Assembly (NCBI GenBank): GCA_041572575.1
Contig: JBFFSH010000036.1
Span: 1 to 25,491 of the forward strand
Direction: 5' to 3'
DNA from: Thermodesulfobacteriota bacterium
Lineage (GTDB): Bacteria > Desulfobacterota_D > UBA1144 > Nemesobacterales > N074bin48
Length of the DNA: 25,491 bases
Below, in pieces: positions 10,427-19,321 of this stretch; within the stretch, counting starts at the first letter, position 1; the number at the start of each line of letters is the position of its first letter. The position numbers were made by a program, and so were the translations under genes. The notes beneath the pieces are model-generated. The model saw only the letters and a list, made by a program, of their open reading frames with translations, did no database searches and was not told the DNA's origin.

Positions 10427-11110
10427 TCAAATAAGCTTATTTTTAAAACAGTAAAGAATAAGCTCTGATCTGTTTTTTACCTTTAATTTCTTAAATGTCT
10501 TATAGAGGTGAAATTTTACGGTTTTTTCGCTCAGATAAAGATGATCGGCAATTGCCCTGTTGCTAAGCCCCTGTAAAACCAGTTTTACTATTCTGGACTC
10601 AGCCTCTGTAAGCTCTACAATTGTGCTGTCTACTTTTTCAGTATCTGCCTTATTTTCATTTATTACGTCTTTTACCACTCTTGAGAGGATTCTTCTTTCT
10701 ACCCAGAGCTCATTCTGGCAGACTCCCTTTACCGCTTTTCTCAAGTGACTTGAATCAGAACCAGTCAGCACATAACCGCTTGCACCAGCTCTAATTGTTT
10801 TTACTAGTACTTCGTCTTCATATTCTTTATTAAGAAGCACAAGTATTTTAATATTGCTGTTTTTATTAATTAAATTTTTTATTTTAGATACTTCAAACCC
10901 AGGCAGTTCATACTCTATAACAAACACATCTACCGAAGTGTTTTTATAGTGTTCAAAAACATCCAGAAGGCTTGTAATTTTCTGAACCACTTTTAAATCA
11001 GCGTCTTCTTCTATAAGTTTTTTTATTCCCTCACCCAGTATTGATGAACTGCATCCAAGAAGAATCTGAATGCTGTCCGTACTTTCCTCAGCGCTTGCGG
11101 TTTTGTTCAT
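10427..11110 (-). CDS. NarL/LuxR-family response regulator with atypical receiver domain
   Basis: C-terminal LuxR HTH (LTEAE..GLSNRAIADHLYLSEKTVKFH..KKLKVKNRSEL); N-terminal receiver-like fold (AGASGYVL). Confidence 0.88.
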   Translation of the reverse strand: MNKTASAEESTDSIQILLGCSSSILGEGIKKLIEEDADLKVVQKITSLLDVFEHYKNTSVDVFVIEYELPGFEVSKIKNLINKNSNIKILVLLNKEYEDEVLVKTIRAGASGYVLTGSDSSHLRKAVKGVCQNELWVERRILSRVVKDVINENKADTEKVDSTIVELTEAESRIVKLVLQGLSNRAIADHLYLSEKTVKFHLYKTFKKLKVKNRSELILYCFKNKLI

Positions 11111-11228
11111 TTAAACACCTTCATCATGTATTTTTACTACTAACCAGCATTTTATTACAAATTATATTTATTATAAACCAATTTGAGCAAAATTATAACC
11201 GTTTATCTGATTATTCTATAAATATTTA

Positions 11229-12335
11229 TCAAACAAGCTCAAAATACTTGCCCGGAAGCTGAGAGACTATGCCTTTTATCTCCAGATTTAATAGATCAGT
11301 GAGAACCCGGGAGCTGTCAAGCCCGGTGTTTTTTATTATTTGATCAACGTGATGCTGGCCTTCCTTAAGAACCTTATAAATAATTTTTTCCGAATTTTCC
11401 AGACTCTCAATGTCCACTTCATTTCTTCGTGGAAGCTCTTTTCTTACCCCCGTAATACCCTCTATCTCTTCCAGGATATCATCAACTGTGTTTACAAGTT
11501 TTGCTCCTTTTTTAATAAGCCTGTTTGTTCCCCTGCTAAGATTGCTTCCTATGTTTCCGGGAATTGCGAATACTTCCCTGTTTTGCTCAAGCGCAAACTC
11601 CGCTGTAATAAGGGAGCCGCTTTTTTGTGCTGCCTGAACAACAAGCACTCCCACCGAGAGGCCGCTAATAATCCTGTTTCTTCTTGGAAAGTTTACTGCA
11701 ACAGGCCCCGTTCCAATGGCAAACTCAGAAATCACAGCTCCGTTACTCTCAATTTCTTTATATAATGTAGCGTTTTCTGAGGGATAGACCACATCAATGC
11801 CTGAGCCAAGTACTGCAATAGTTCTGCCTCCTGCCTTTAGGCATGCCTTGTGAGCTATTGTATCTATACCCCGGGCAAAACCGCTTACAACCGTATAGCC
11901 ATTCACTGCAAGCTCACCCGCAATCTGCTCGGTCACTTTTTTACCATATGTATCCGAGAGTCTGCTCCCTACGATTCCTATTGACCTGTGATCCTGCTCC
12001 ACTATATTTCCTCTCATATAAAAATAAGGCGGAGGGTTATAAATGTTCTTAAGATTATCGGGATAGGCAGGGTCTGACATTACCATTAGCCGCAGATTTA
12101 GTTTTTTTATTTTTTGAAGCTCTTTTTCTACAGATTCCCAGTCATCAAACGACTTAATGAGTTTAACCGTATCGGGACTGATACCCTCAATCTGTAAAAA
12201 CTCTTTTGGACCGGCTTCGAATACTTCTTTTGGAGAAGAAAAATGAGAAAGGAGTCTTTTATATAAAACCTCTCCGATTCCTTTTACATTTTTAAGAGCT
12301 ATCCAGTGCAGATATTCATCCATAGCAATTTGCAA
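11229..12335 (-). CDS. dprA: DNA processing protein DprA (Smf)
   Basis: IVGSR, VSGFARGIDTIAH, FPRRNRIISGLS and SGSLITA; C-terminal winged helix; upstream of topA as commonly seen. Confidence 0.97.
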   Translation of the reverse strand: MQIAMDEYLHWIALKNVKGIGEVLYKRLLSHFSSPKEVFEAGPKEFLQIEGISPDTVKLIKSFDDWESVEKELQKIKKLNLRLMVMSDPAYPDNLKNIYNPPPYFYMRGNIVEQDHRSIGIVGSRLSDTYGKKVTEQIAGELAVNGYTVVSGFARGIDTIAHKACLKAGGRTIAVLGSGIDVVYPSENATLYKEIESNGAVISEFAIGTGPVAVNFPRRNRIISGLSVGVLVVQAAQKSGSLITAEFALEQNREVFAIPGNIGSNLSRGTNRLIKKGAKLVNTVDDILEEIEGITGVRKELPRRNEVDIESLENSEKIIYKVLKEGQHHVDQIIKNTGLDSSRVLTDLLNLEIKGIVSQLPGKYFELV

Positions 12336-12339
12336 TTAA

Positions 12340-13251
12340 TTAAGAACTATAAAATTTCCCCTGATAGGTGTCTTGCTTTAGCAGCTCTGCATCTATACCT
12401 CTTAGGACCTCCAAGTGGTTTTTTGGCCATATAGGAGCTATGAGTAATTGATGAGGCGTATCGGTAAACAATCTTTCGATAACAACGTCAGGAGATACCC
12501 TTTCTATAAACCTTGTGATAAAAGACAAATACTCTTCGTAGCTGAACAGATGAAACGGGTTTTCAGCATACATTCTGGCAAGCGGGGTGTTTTTTACGAC
12601 ATGAAGGTTGTGTACTTTTAGTACGTCTATTCCAAGACCTGAGACCTCGTTTGCCATGGCAAGCATCTGCTCTTCAGTCTCTGTAGGAAAACCAACAATT
12701 ATATGTACTCCCAAATGAAGCCCCCTTCCCTTTGAAAGCTCTATGGCTTTCAGTACAGACTCATAGTCATGTCCTCTGTTCATATAATCGAGCGTTTTGT
12801 CATAAATAGATTCAATACCATACTCAAGCGAGACATACACTTCCTCTGAAAGCCTCTCAATCATATCCAGTTTTTCTTCATCAATACAGTCACTACGTGT
12901 TCCAATCGCAAGCCCAATTACATCTTCATAACCCAGAGCCTGCCTGTATAAATCTTCCAGTTCCTTAACCGTGGAGTATGTGTTTGTATAGGCCTGAAAG
13001 TAGACAATAAACTTCTTGGCCTTAAACCGTGCCCTCAGATACTTCATCCCGTTTGTCATCTGCTGATCAAGCGTATATCTCGACCGTGCATAGGGTGGAA
13101 CAAAAGTATCGTTATTACAGTATATACAGCCTCCGATTGCCTTGGAGCCGTCTCTATTGGGACAGGTAAAACCCAGATCAAGTGAGATCTTGTTTACCTT
13201 GCATCCAAAAGTTTCTAATAAATATCTGCTGTATGAGTTATATCTCTGCAT
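12340..13251 (-). CDS. Radical SAM protein, YhcC/TIGR01212-like family
   Basis: GFTCPNRDG..GGCIYC, YFQAYTNTY and IGTRSDC motifs. Confidence 0.9.
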   Translation of the reverse strand: MQRYNSYSRYLLETFGCKVNKISLDLGFTCPNRDGSKAIGGCIYCNNDTFVPPYARSRYTLDQQMTNGMKYLRARFKAKKFIVYFQAYTNTYSTVKELEDLYRQALGYEDVIGLAIGTRSDCIDEEKLDMIERLSEEVYVSLEYGIESIYDKTLDYMNRGHDYESVLKAIELSKGRGLHLGVHIIVGFPTETEEQMLAMANEVSGLGIDVLKVHNLHVVKNTPLARMYAENPFHLFSYEEYLSFITRFIERVSPDVVIERLFTDTPHQLLIAPIWPKNHLEVLRGIDAELLKQDTYQGKFYSS

Positions 13252-13258
13252 GATATTT

Positions 13259-13912
13259 TCAAAGCCTGGCAGCCGGGCACAGATGATTTAATTTGCATAT
13301 TCCGCACTTTGGTTTTTGTGAGCTGCATACGGTCCTTCCGTGGTCTCCAAGGGCATTTGAAAAATAAGCCCATTTTTTCTTTGGTACTATTTCCATTAGA
13401 TCAAACTCTATTTTGGTCGGATCCTTGTGGCTTGTAAGCCCAAGTCTCGTGCTTAGCCTATTTATATGAGTATCCACTATTATACCGGGGATTTCATATG
13501 CGTTTGCCAAAATTACATTTGCAGTTTTTCTTCCAACCCCGCAAAGGGTAGTAAGCTCATCCATTGTTTTGGGCACTTTGCCACCGAAATCCTTCTGTAG
13601 TCCTTTAGCACAGCCAATTATGGATTTGGCTTTATTTCTGAAAAATCCAGCAGAATGGATATCTTTTTCAAGTTCTTTTTGTTTAGCCACAGAAAAACCG
13701 GCTGGATTTTTATATTTAGCAAACAAGTTAGGGGTTATCTGGTTTACCCTTTTATCAGTACACTGGGCCGATAATATACATCCTATAAGCAGCTCAAATG
13801 GATTTTTAAAGTCCAGATGACACTTTGGGTCTGGATATTCTTTTTTGAAAATTTTAAGTATTTCACCAAGCCGTTTTTTCTTCTCTTTAATGTCAGTGGT
13901 TTCCATAGCCAA
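13259..13912 (-). CDS. nth: Endonuclease III
   Basis: LSAQCTDKRVN, HhH GVGRKTANV, VDTH and a C-x6-C-x2-C-x5-C FeS motif. The start may instead be the ATG at 13906. Confidence 0.96.
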   Translation of the reverse strand: MAMETTDIKEKKKRLGEILKIFKKEYPDPKCHLDFKNPFELLIGCILSAQCTDKRVNQITPNLFAKYKNPAGFSVAKQKELEKDIHSAGFFRNKAKSIIGCAKGLQKDFGGKVPKTMDELTTLCGVGRKTANVILANAYEIPGIIVDTHINRLSTRLGLTSHKDPTKIEFDLMEIVPKKKWAYFSNALGDHGRTVCSSQKPKCGICKLNHLCPAARL

Positions 13913-13918
13913 AATAGC

Positions 13919-13951
13919 AAAAAAAAAGGGATATGCTTTAGCATATCCCTT
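13919..13951 (-). terminator. Rho-independent terminator after ferredoxin
   Basis: Perfect 11-bp inverted repeat AAGGGATATGC / GCATATCCCTT with a 9-nt A run (13919-13927) giving the minus-strand U tract. Confidence 0.85.
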
Positions 13952-13985
13952 GTGTTAAATCATTTGTTTTCGTGTTTTAACAAGA

Positions 13986-14252
13986 TCAATCTTTTCTTGC
14001 AGGCTCCAGGTCTGATTTGCCTTCAAAGAAATCTTTATTTAAGTCTATGAACTTCTGCCATTTATCAGGGAGTTCATCTTCATGGTAAATAGCATCCACA
14101 GGACAGGGATCAACACAAGCGCCGCAATCAATACACTCTTCAGGGTGTATCACAAGCTGATCATCAGCTTCATAGATACAATCTACAGGACATGCCTCTA
14201 CACAGGCCTTATCTTTAACGTCGATACATGGTTCAGCTATTATGTAAGCCAT
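13986..14252 (-). CDS. 7Fe ([3Fe-4S][4Fe-4S]) ferredoxin, FdxA type
   Basis: [59 protein letters not shown]. Confidence 0.92.
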   Translation of the reverse strand: MAYIIAEPCIDVKDKACVEACPVDCIYEADDQLVIHPEECIDCGACVDPCPVDAIYHEDELPDKWQKFIDLNKDFFEGKSDLEPARKD

Positions 14253-14329
14253 TAAAAAAACCTCCTAGAAATAAGTAGAATAACTAATATACTGCACAAG
14301 GGTTTGAATTCAAGAGAGTAAAAATAAAC

Positions 14330-14791
14330 CTATTCGGTTTGTTTTTCAGTCTTGCTCTGTTCAGGTATTTCTTTTAGTTTCATTCCATCATCACTATTTT
14401 CTACAGGCTTGTCAGCAGGTTGTGTTTCTACAGTTTCTGTTACTTCTTGCTGCACATCGTCAAGCGAACCAATAAGATCAGAATCCGTACCAAACGTTTC
14501 TTCAAATCCTGAGGTAGATGCGCCAACGCCTTTTAAAACCGATGATGAATTATCTTTAATCGCAAAATATCCAAGAAAAAGTGAAGTCGCAAAAAAGACT
14601 ACGCCTAAGACCCGGGTAAGTTTTGCAAGAAAAGGTACTGCACCGCTTGATCCGAAGATTGACTCAGAGGTACCGCCTCCAAACATAGAGCCAAGGTCTC
14701 CACTTTTGCCGGGTTGCAGCAGCACGGCAACAATAATTATTAAACAAACTATAATATGTAAAAATGTGATTAGTGTTTCAACTATTTCCAC
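14330..14791 (-). CDS. secG: Preprotein translocase subunit SecG with long acidic tail
   Basis: Two TM segments, VLLQPGKSGDLGSMFGGG and FLAKLT; directly downstream of tpiA. Confidence 0.93.
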   Translation of the reverse strand: MEIVETLITFLHIIVCLIIIVAVLLQPGKSGDLGSMFGGGTSESIFGSSGAVPFLAKLTRVLGVVFFATSLFLGYFAIKDNSSSVLKGVGASTSGFEETFGTDSDLIGSLDDVQQEVTETVETQPADKPVENSDDGMKLKEIPEQSKTEKQTE

Positions 14792-14807
14792 TTCTTTATA
14801 CTCCTGT

Positions 14808-15569
14808 CTAACTTGCTGATGATTTTATTATCTCTATAAATGAATCTTTATCCAAACTTGCTCCCCCAACCAGTACTCCGTCTATGTTGGGTTGGGAGAT
14901 TAAACTATTTATATTACCTGATTTTACGCTTCCGCCATACAGTACTTGAATTTTAGGTAATATACAATCAAATCTGTCACTTACAAACTCTTTTATGGTA
15001 AGGTGTACTATGTCTGCCTGCTCAGGTTCGGCTGTAATACCAGATCCGATTGCCCATACAGGCTCATAGGCAAAAATAATATCATCCAGATGCCCCGCAT
15101 CAACACCATTTAGCCCTATCTCCAACTGCTTTTTTATAACACTAAGAGTCCGGCCTCTTGTTTTTTCCTCAATTCTTTCACCAATACAGAATATTACTTT
15201 AAGCCCTTTTTTGAGTGAGAAAATAATTTTGTCATTTATCATGGAGTTGGTCTCACCCAGAATATTCCTTCTCTCCGAATGACCAATAATCACCCATTTG
15301 CAGCCAAGTTCCATGAGCATATCAGCAGAAATTTCTCCGGTGTATGCACCCGCATCTTCCCAGAATACATTTTGAGCGCAGAGCTCTATACCAGAGCCTT
15401 CTAGAATTTGACCAACAGGCTGCAGACAAGTATATGGAGGAGCCAGTATTACATCTACTTTTTTGAGGGCTGATTGTGAGACATTTGATACGATATGATT
15501 TACAAGCTCCCTAGCCTCATCCTGCAGTAGGTTCATCTTCCAATTTGCAATTACAGTTTTTTTACCCAT
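14808..15569 (-). CDS. tpiA: Triosephosphate isomerase
   Basis: NWKMN, GAYTGEIS, IGHSERR, AYEPVWAIG, LYGGSV and LVGGASL are all present. Confidence 0.97.
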   Translation of the reverse strand: MGKKTVIANWKMNLLQDEARELVNHIVSNVSQSALKKVDVILAPPYTCLQPVGQILEGSGIELCAQNVFWEDAGAYTGEISADMLMELGCKWVIIGHSERRNILGETNSMINDKIIFSLKKGLKVIFCIGERIEEKTRGRTLSVIKKQLEIGLNGVDAGHLDDIIFAYEPVWAIGSGITAEPEQADIVHLTIKEFVSDRFDCILPKIQVLYGGSVKSGNINSLISQPNIDGVLVGGASLDKDSFIEIIKSSAS

Positions 15570-15587
15570 TTTTGTTACTCAGTGCTT

Positions 15588-16793
15588 TTAGTTATTTTCT
15601 AAAGCTTGCAGCCCTGGCAGATTTTCTCCCTTTAAATAAGAATATGCACAATCAATATTATATGAAATCTGCAAATTTTCATTATCATTATTAAAATATC
15701 TGGAAGTATTATAGTCACAAATTATTTTTAGTTTCTCATTATTATTGATTAACTCTGCTGTTATGGGATCAGTCTTACAATCTTTATCCCCTTTATCTTT
15801 TTTAAATTTTCTATACATATCAGTAAAACAATTACCACCATCCCAAAGAATAATACTTGCCTCATTTATATATTTTATAAATGATTGCTGTGTTTTATTT
15901 CCGACGCCGGTTATCTGGAAATTTTCTTTTAATTTTGAAAGCTCATCTATATAAAAGCCCTCTGATTTTTCGTGTTTAATATTAATCATAAAATCCTCAG
16001 GCAGTACCACTTTTTTGTTCCTTGCAATTAGTGACTTATAAAGCTTATTTATCCTGTATACAGACTCCTTATCGTAATACCCATCTGATATTTCATAACC
16101 AATTGATTTTAGAAGCGTATTTGCAAATACCCCACCCAGCATAAGCACATCAATATTTTCTTTCATATCTTCTAAGAACTCTAGTTTTGCATATACATCG
16201 TCTCCATTGTAAAAAACAACAAAAGGCTTTTGCTTACATGTTTTAATCTCACCCAGAAGCATTAATTCATCAGAGAATGAAAACCCTGCGCATTTTTCAT
16301 TTACATATTCGAGCATTGACGAATTTGAACTATATGACTTATTAACCAACCCAAATGCCTCACTTACATATATATCTAAATTTTCAGAAAGCTTTCGCGA
16401 AAAAGCAGATTCATTTTTTATCTCATCCTTATAGAACATAAGATTTTCCAGGAGCATTACATCACCCTGGTTCATGTCCTGCTTTATCTTTTTTACTGCA
16501 TCCCCAATACAGTCATCAGGAAAATAGATATTGGTGTTTAGTCTTTCGCTGAGGATATCTCCCACAAACCCCAGGGAATATTGCGGGTCATATTTATGTT
16601 CTTTTACTGTCCTGTGAGAAGCAATTATAAGCTTTGCTCCGTTTTCTATGGCGTACTGTATTGTATAAAGTGAAGAGTTTATCTTGAAGTCTATTTCAGC
16701 AGCATCAGTGTCAGAGGCAAAGTCATAATCTGTCCTTATGAATAAAAGCTTGTTTTCAATATCGAGTTGTTCAATAGATTTAATATTCATCAA
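15588..16793 (-). CDS. pgk: Phosphoglycerate kinase-like protein, catalytically degenerate
   Basis: PGK length and framework (GAKLIIASH, DDCIGDAV, GDVMLLENL.F, AFG, GGVFANTLL, VVLPEDF, GENLPGL) and its position before tpiA-secG; many active-site motifs are substituted. Confidence 0.85.
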   Translation of the reverse strand: MMNIKSIEQLDIENKLLFIRTDYDFASDTDAAEIDFKINSSLYTIQYAIENGAKLIIASHRTVKEHKYDPQYSLGFVGDILSERLNTNIYFPDDCIGDAVKKIKQDMNQGDVMLLENLMFYKDEIKNESAFSRKLSENLDIYVSEAFGLVNKSYSSNSSMLEYVNEKCAGFSFSDELMLLGEIKTCKQKPFVVFYNGDDVYAKLEFLEDMKENIDVLMLGGVFANTLLKSIGYEISDGYYDKESVYRINKLYKSLIARNKKVVLPEDFMINIKHEKSEGFYIDELSKLKENFQITGVGNKTQQSFIKYINEASIILWDGGNCFTDMYRKFKKDKGDKDCKTDPITAELINNNEKLKIICDYNTSRYFNNDNENLQISYNIDCAYSYLKGENLPGLQALENN

Positions 16794-16802
16794 CGTACAA
16801 TA

Positions 16803-17933
16803 CTATAAATATTTTTTAAGCCTGGATATTCCTTCATTTATATTGGTTATAGAGTTTGCATATGAAAATCTCATATATCCCTGCCCACCTTTTCCAAAAT
16901 CGATCCCCGGAGTTAAAGCCACATGGGCATTTTCTAAAAGATCAAATGCCAGATCATAGGAGTTGGTACTTATTTTTTTCGTATTTACAAAAAAATAAAA
17001 TGCCCCATCGGGTACTCTTTGTATTTTAAATCCAAGACTTTTGAGACCAGTTAACATTGCATCCCTTCTTTTTTTATACTTCTGTACAATACTGTTTATT
17101 TGAGAATCACTCATCTTTAGAGCTTCAATACCCGCACGCTGTACAAATGAGTTTGCCGAGATAAAAAGATTTTGCTGCAGTTTTTGTATGGGCCTTACGT
17201 AGTCATCAGGAACAATGAGATAACCAAGCCTCCATCCGGTCATGGAGTATAACTTTGAAAACCCGCTTACAACGATAGCATCTTTTGTAAACTCAAGGAT
17301 TGACTGCTCCCTGCCTTCATATACAAGACCGTGATATATCTCATCGGATATGATGGGAATTCCTAACTTTGAAAGCTGCTGCATAATATCACTGTTTACA
17401 AGCATTCCGGTGGGATTTGATGGTGAATTTATTAATATTGCTCTGGTTTTTTTTGAAATCTTCTTTTTTAGCCTTTTTATATCAATCTGAAAATCTTCTT
17501 TTTCATATATCCTTACAAATTTTGGTACTCCTCCTGCAATTCTAATAATCTGAGGATAGCAGGCGTAATGAGGGTCTGTAAGGATTATTTCATCTCCCGG
17601 GTTTAGAACCGAGCAAAAAGCCAAAAACAGTGCGGGAGAGCTTCCGTTGGTGACTATGATATTTTCTGCAGAAATACTAACACCGTATTTTTTCTTATAA
17701 TACAAGCAAAGCTGCTCTCTTAAATCTGATATCCCAAGACTGTGAGTATATTTAGTATCTCCTGCATTGATCGCCGTGATTGCTTCTTTGCATATTTTAT
17801 CATCAGTATTATGATCTGGTTCGCCTATTTCTAAGTGAATTATGTCGGTGCCTTGTTTTTCAAGCTTTTGTGCGCGTTCGAGCACTTCCATCACATAAAA
17901 GGGTGAAATAGAATTTGCTAGTTTAGAGATCAT
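16803..17933 (-). CDS. Class I/II PLP-dependent aminotransferase (aspartate aminotransferase-like)
   Basis: LEIGEPD, INSPSNPTG, SDEIYHGL, GFSKLYSMTGWRLG (PLP lysine) and RFSYA. Confidence 0.93.
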   Translation of the reverse strand: MISKLANSISPFYVMEVLERAQKLEKQGTDIIHLEIGEPDHNTDDKICKEAITAINAGDTKYTHSLGISDLREQLCLYYKKKYGVSISAENIIVTNGSSPALFLAFCSVLNPGDEIILTDPHYACYPQIIRIAGGVPKFVRIYEKEDFQIDIKRLKKKISKKTRAILINSPSNPTGMLVNSDIMQQLSKLGIPIISDEIYHGLVYEGREQSILEFTKDAIVVSGFSKLYSMTGWRLGYLIVPDDYVRPIQKLQQNLFISANSFVQRAGIEALKMSDSQINSIVQKYKKRRDAMLTGLKSLGFKIQRVPDGAFYFFVNTKKISTNSYDLAFDLLENAHVALTPGIDFGKGGQGYMRFSYANSITNINEGISRLKKYL

Positions 17934-18000
17934 AGAATTTGTATTCTATTAAAAACATTGTCTTTGTCTAGGAAATTTAATTAATAAAATAATAAACATA

Positions 18001-18029
18001 TTGAAATAGATAAAAGCAAAGGGTATATT
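18001..18029 (+). promoter_or_regulatory. Putative sigma70 promoter of rpmB
   Basis: TTGAAA-N17-TATATT upstream of rpmB. Confidence 0.6.
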
Positions 18030-18061
18030 GAGTTTTTTAATTTTAGGAAGGATAAGAAAAA

Positions 18062-18256
18062 ATGGCTCAAGTTTGTGATATATGTGGAAAAAAGCCGATG
18101 TTTGGCAACAATGTTAGTCATGCTAACAACAAAACAAGAAGGCGCTGGAATATAAACCTAAGAAGCGTAAAAGCTGCACTTGATAGCGGTGGTACAAAAA
18201 AGATGAAAGTTTGTACCAGATGCATCCGTTCGGGAAAAGTGAAAAAAGCTGCCTAA
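18062..18256 (+). CDS. rpmB: 50S ribosomal protein L28 (zinc-binding C+ form)
   Basis: [34 protein letters not shown]. Confidence 0.98.
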   Translation: MAQVCDICGKKPMFGNNVSHANNKTRRRWNINLRSVKAALDSGGTKKMKVCTRCIRSGKVKKAA

Positions 18257-18264
18257 ATTCATTT

Positions 18265-18768
18265 TTAGGAATAAGCTTTTTTTATTTTACTCTTAATTAG
18301 CTCTCTTTTAAGTCTACTCAGCCTGTCTATAAACAATATTCCATCAAGGTGGTCAATTTCATGTTGTAGTACGCGTGAAAGAAGATCTGCTGCCTCAATT
18401 TCTATTATTTTTCCGCTCCTATTTAAACCCTTTACTGCAACCTCTGCTTTTCTCTTAACATAAGCCCTAAACCCCGGGATACTGAGACACGCTTCTTCAC
18501 CTTTTATACTTCCGTATGATTCTATGATTTCAGGATTTATAAGCTCTATGAGATTTTTGTCACCCTCCTTATTATGCTCCACATCTACCACAATTACTCT
18601 TATATTGTGACCTACCTGAGGTGCAGCAAGACCAACCCCCGGGGCTTCATACATAGTTTCAGCCATCCCGTCCAGAAGGTTCAAGATGGTTTTATCAATT
18701 TTTTTTACTTCAGTTGAGAGTTTTTTAAGCTTGGGGTTTGGGTATTTGAGTATTTCCAGTACTGGCAT
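18265..18768 (-). CDS. def: Peptide deformylase
   Basis: GVGLAAPQVG, EACLSIP and QHEIDHLDG motifs. Confidence 0.97.
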   Translation of the reverse strand: MPVLEILKYPNPKLKKLSTEVKKIDKTILNLLDGMAETMYEAPGVGLAAPQVGHNIRVIVVDVEHNKEGDKNLIELINPEIIESYGSIKGEEACLSIPGFRAYVKRKAEVAVKGLNRSGKIIEIEAADLLSRVLQHEIDHLDGILFIDRLSRLKRELIKSKIKKAYS

Positions 18769-18820
18769 CTATATTTTATTGATCCGGAAGTTACAAAGGC
18801 TATTACTAAGTAATGACAGA

Positions 18821-19099
18821 TTATTCATCATTTAATTTGCTTAGAAGCTCCTTGCTGGGTCTGAAATGAGGAAGCTTCTTCGGGGACACATGTACAGTTT
18901 CACCGGTTCTGGGGTTTCTGCCGTTATAGGACTTGTAGTCTTTTGTAAAGAAACTACCAAAACCCCTGATCTCGATTCTGTCGCCTGTTTGCAGTACCTC
19001 GGTCATATAGTCAATAATTGTGTCCAGTATGTGTTCGCATTGATTTGGCTGTAAATTAAACTCTTGAGCCAACTCTTTTTCGAGCTCAGATCTTTTCAT
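18821..19099 (-). CDS. ihfB: Integration host factor beta / HU-family DNA-binding protein
   Basis: RIEIRGFGSF, GRNPRTGE and PHFRPSKEL. The start is moved to the ATG at 19099, which has an RBS (GGGAG); the upstream TTG is part of a -35 box. Confidence 0.85.
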   Translation of the reverse strand: MKRSELEKELAQEFNLQPNQCEHILDTIIDYMTEVLQTGDRIEIRGFGSFFTKDYKSYNGRNPRTGETVHVSPKKLPHFRPSKELLSKLNDE

Positions 19100-19133
19100 T
19101 CTGTCTCCCCTTTGGTGTATATCGGTAAGTTCC

Positions 19134-19162
19134 AATGTAGTTAATTTGTAAGTTTTTGTCAA
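19134..19162 (-). promoter_or_regulatory. Putative sigma70 promoter of ihfB
   Basis: Minus-strand TTGACA-N17-TACATT. Confidence 0.7.
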
Positions 19163-19253
19163 GTATATTTTTCATTTAAGTAGTTAAAATCATTGAAATA
19201 TTTCACTTTTCAGAGTATTTTATACTAAGACACTAAATATTTACTCAATTTAT

Positions 19254-19282
19254 TTGACAATTATTCTCAAAATAACTAATCT
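19254..19282 (+). promoter_or_regulatory. Putative sigma70 promoter of the TPR gene (divergent from ihfB)
   Basis: TTGACA-N17-TAATCT. Confidence 0.6.
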
Positions 19283-19321
19283 TCTAATATAATATTGATG
19301 GAAAACTATGGGGAGAACTGA

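Noticed and set aside
14253..14329. tRNA-Leu often found after secG
   Set aside because: No cloverleaf is present; the spacer holds only a promoter-like sequence and the ferredoxin RBS.
18880..18890. CGGGGACA as the missing tRNA 3' end
   Set aside because: It lies upstream inside ihfB and has no T arm, so it is a chance match.
19100..19162. N-terminal extension of IHF in the ORF track
   Set aside because: The TTG start is the -35 hexamer of a promoter. The ATG at 19099 has an RBS and gives the canonical length.
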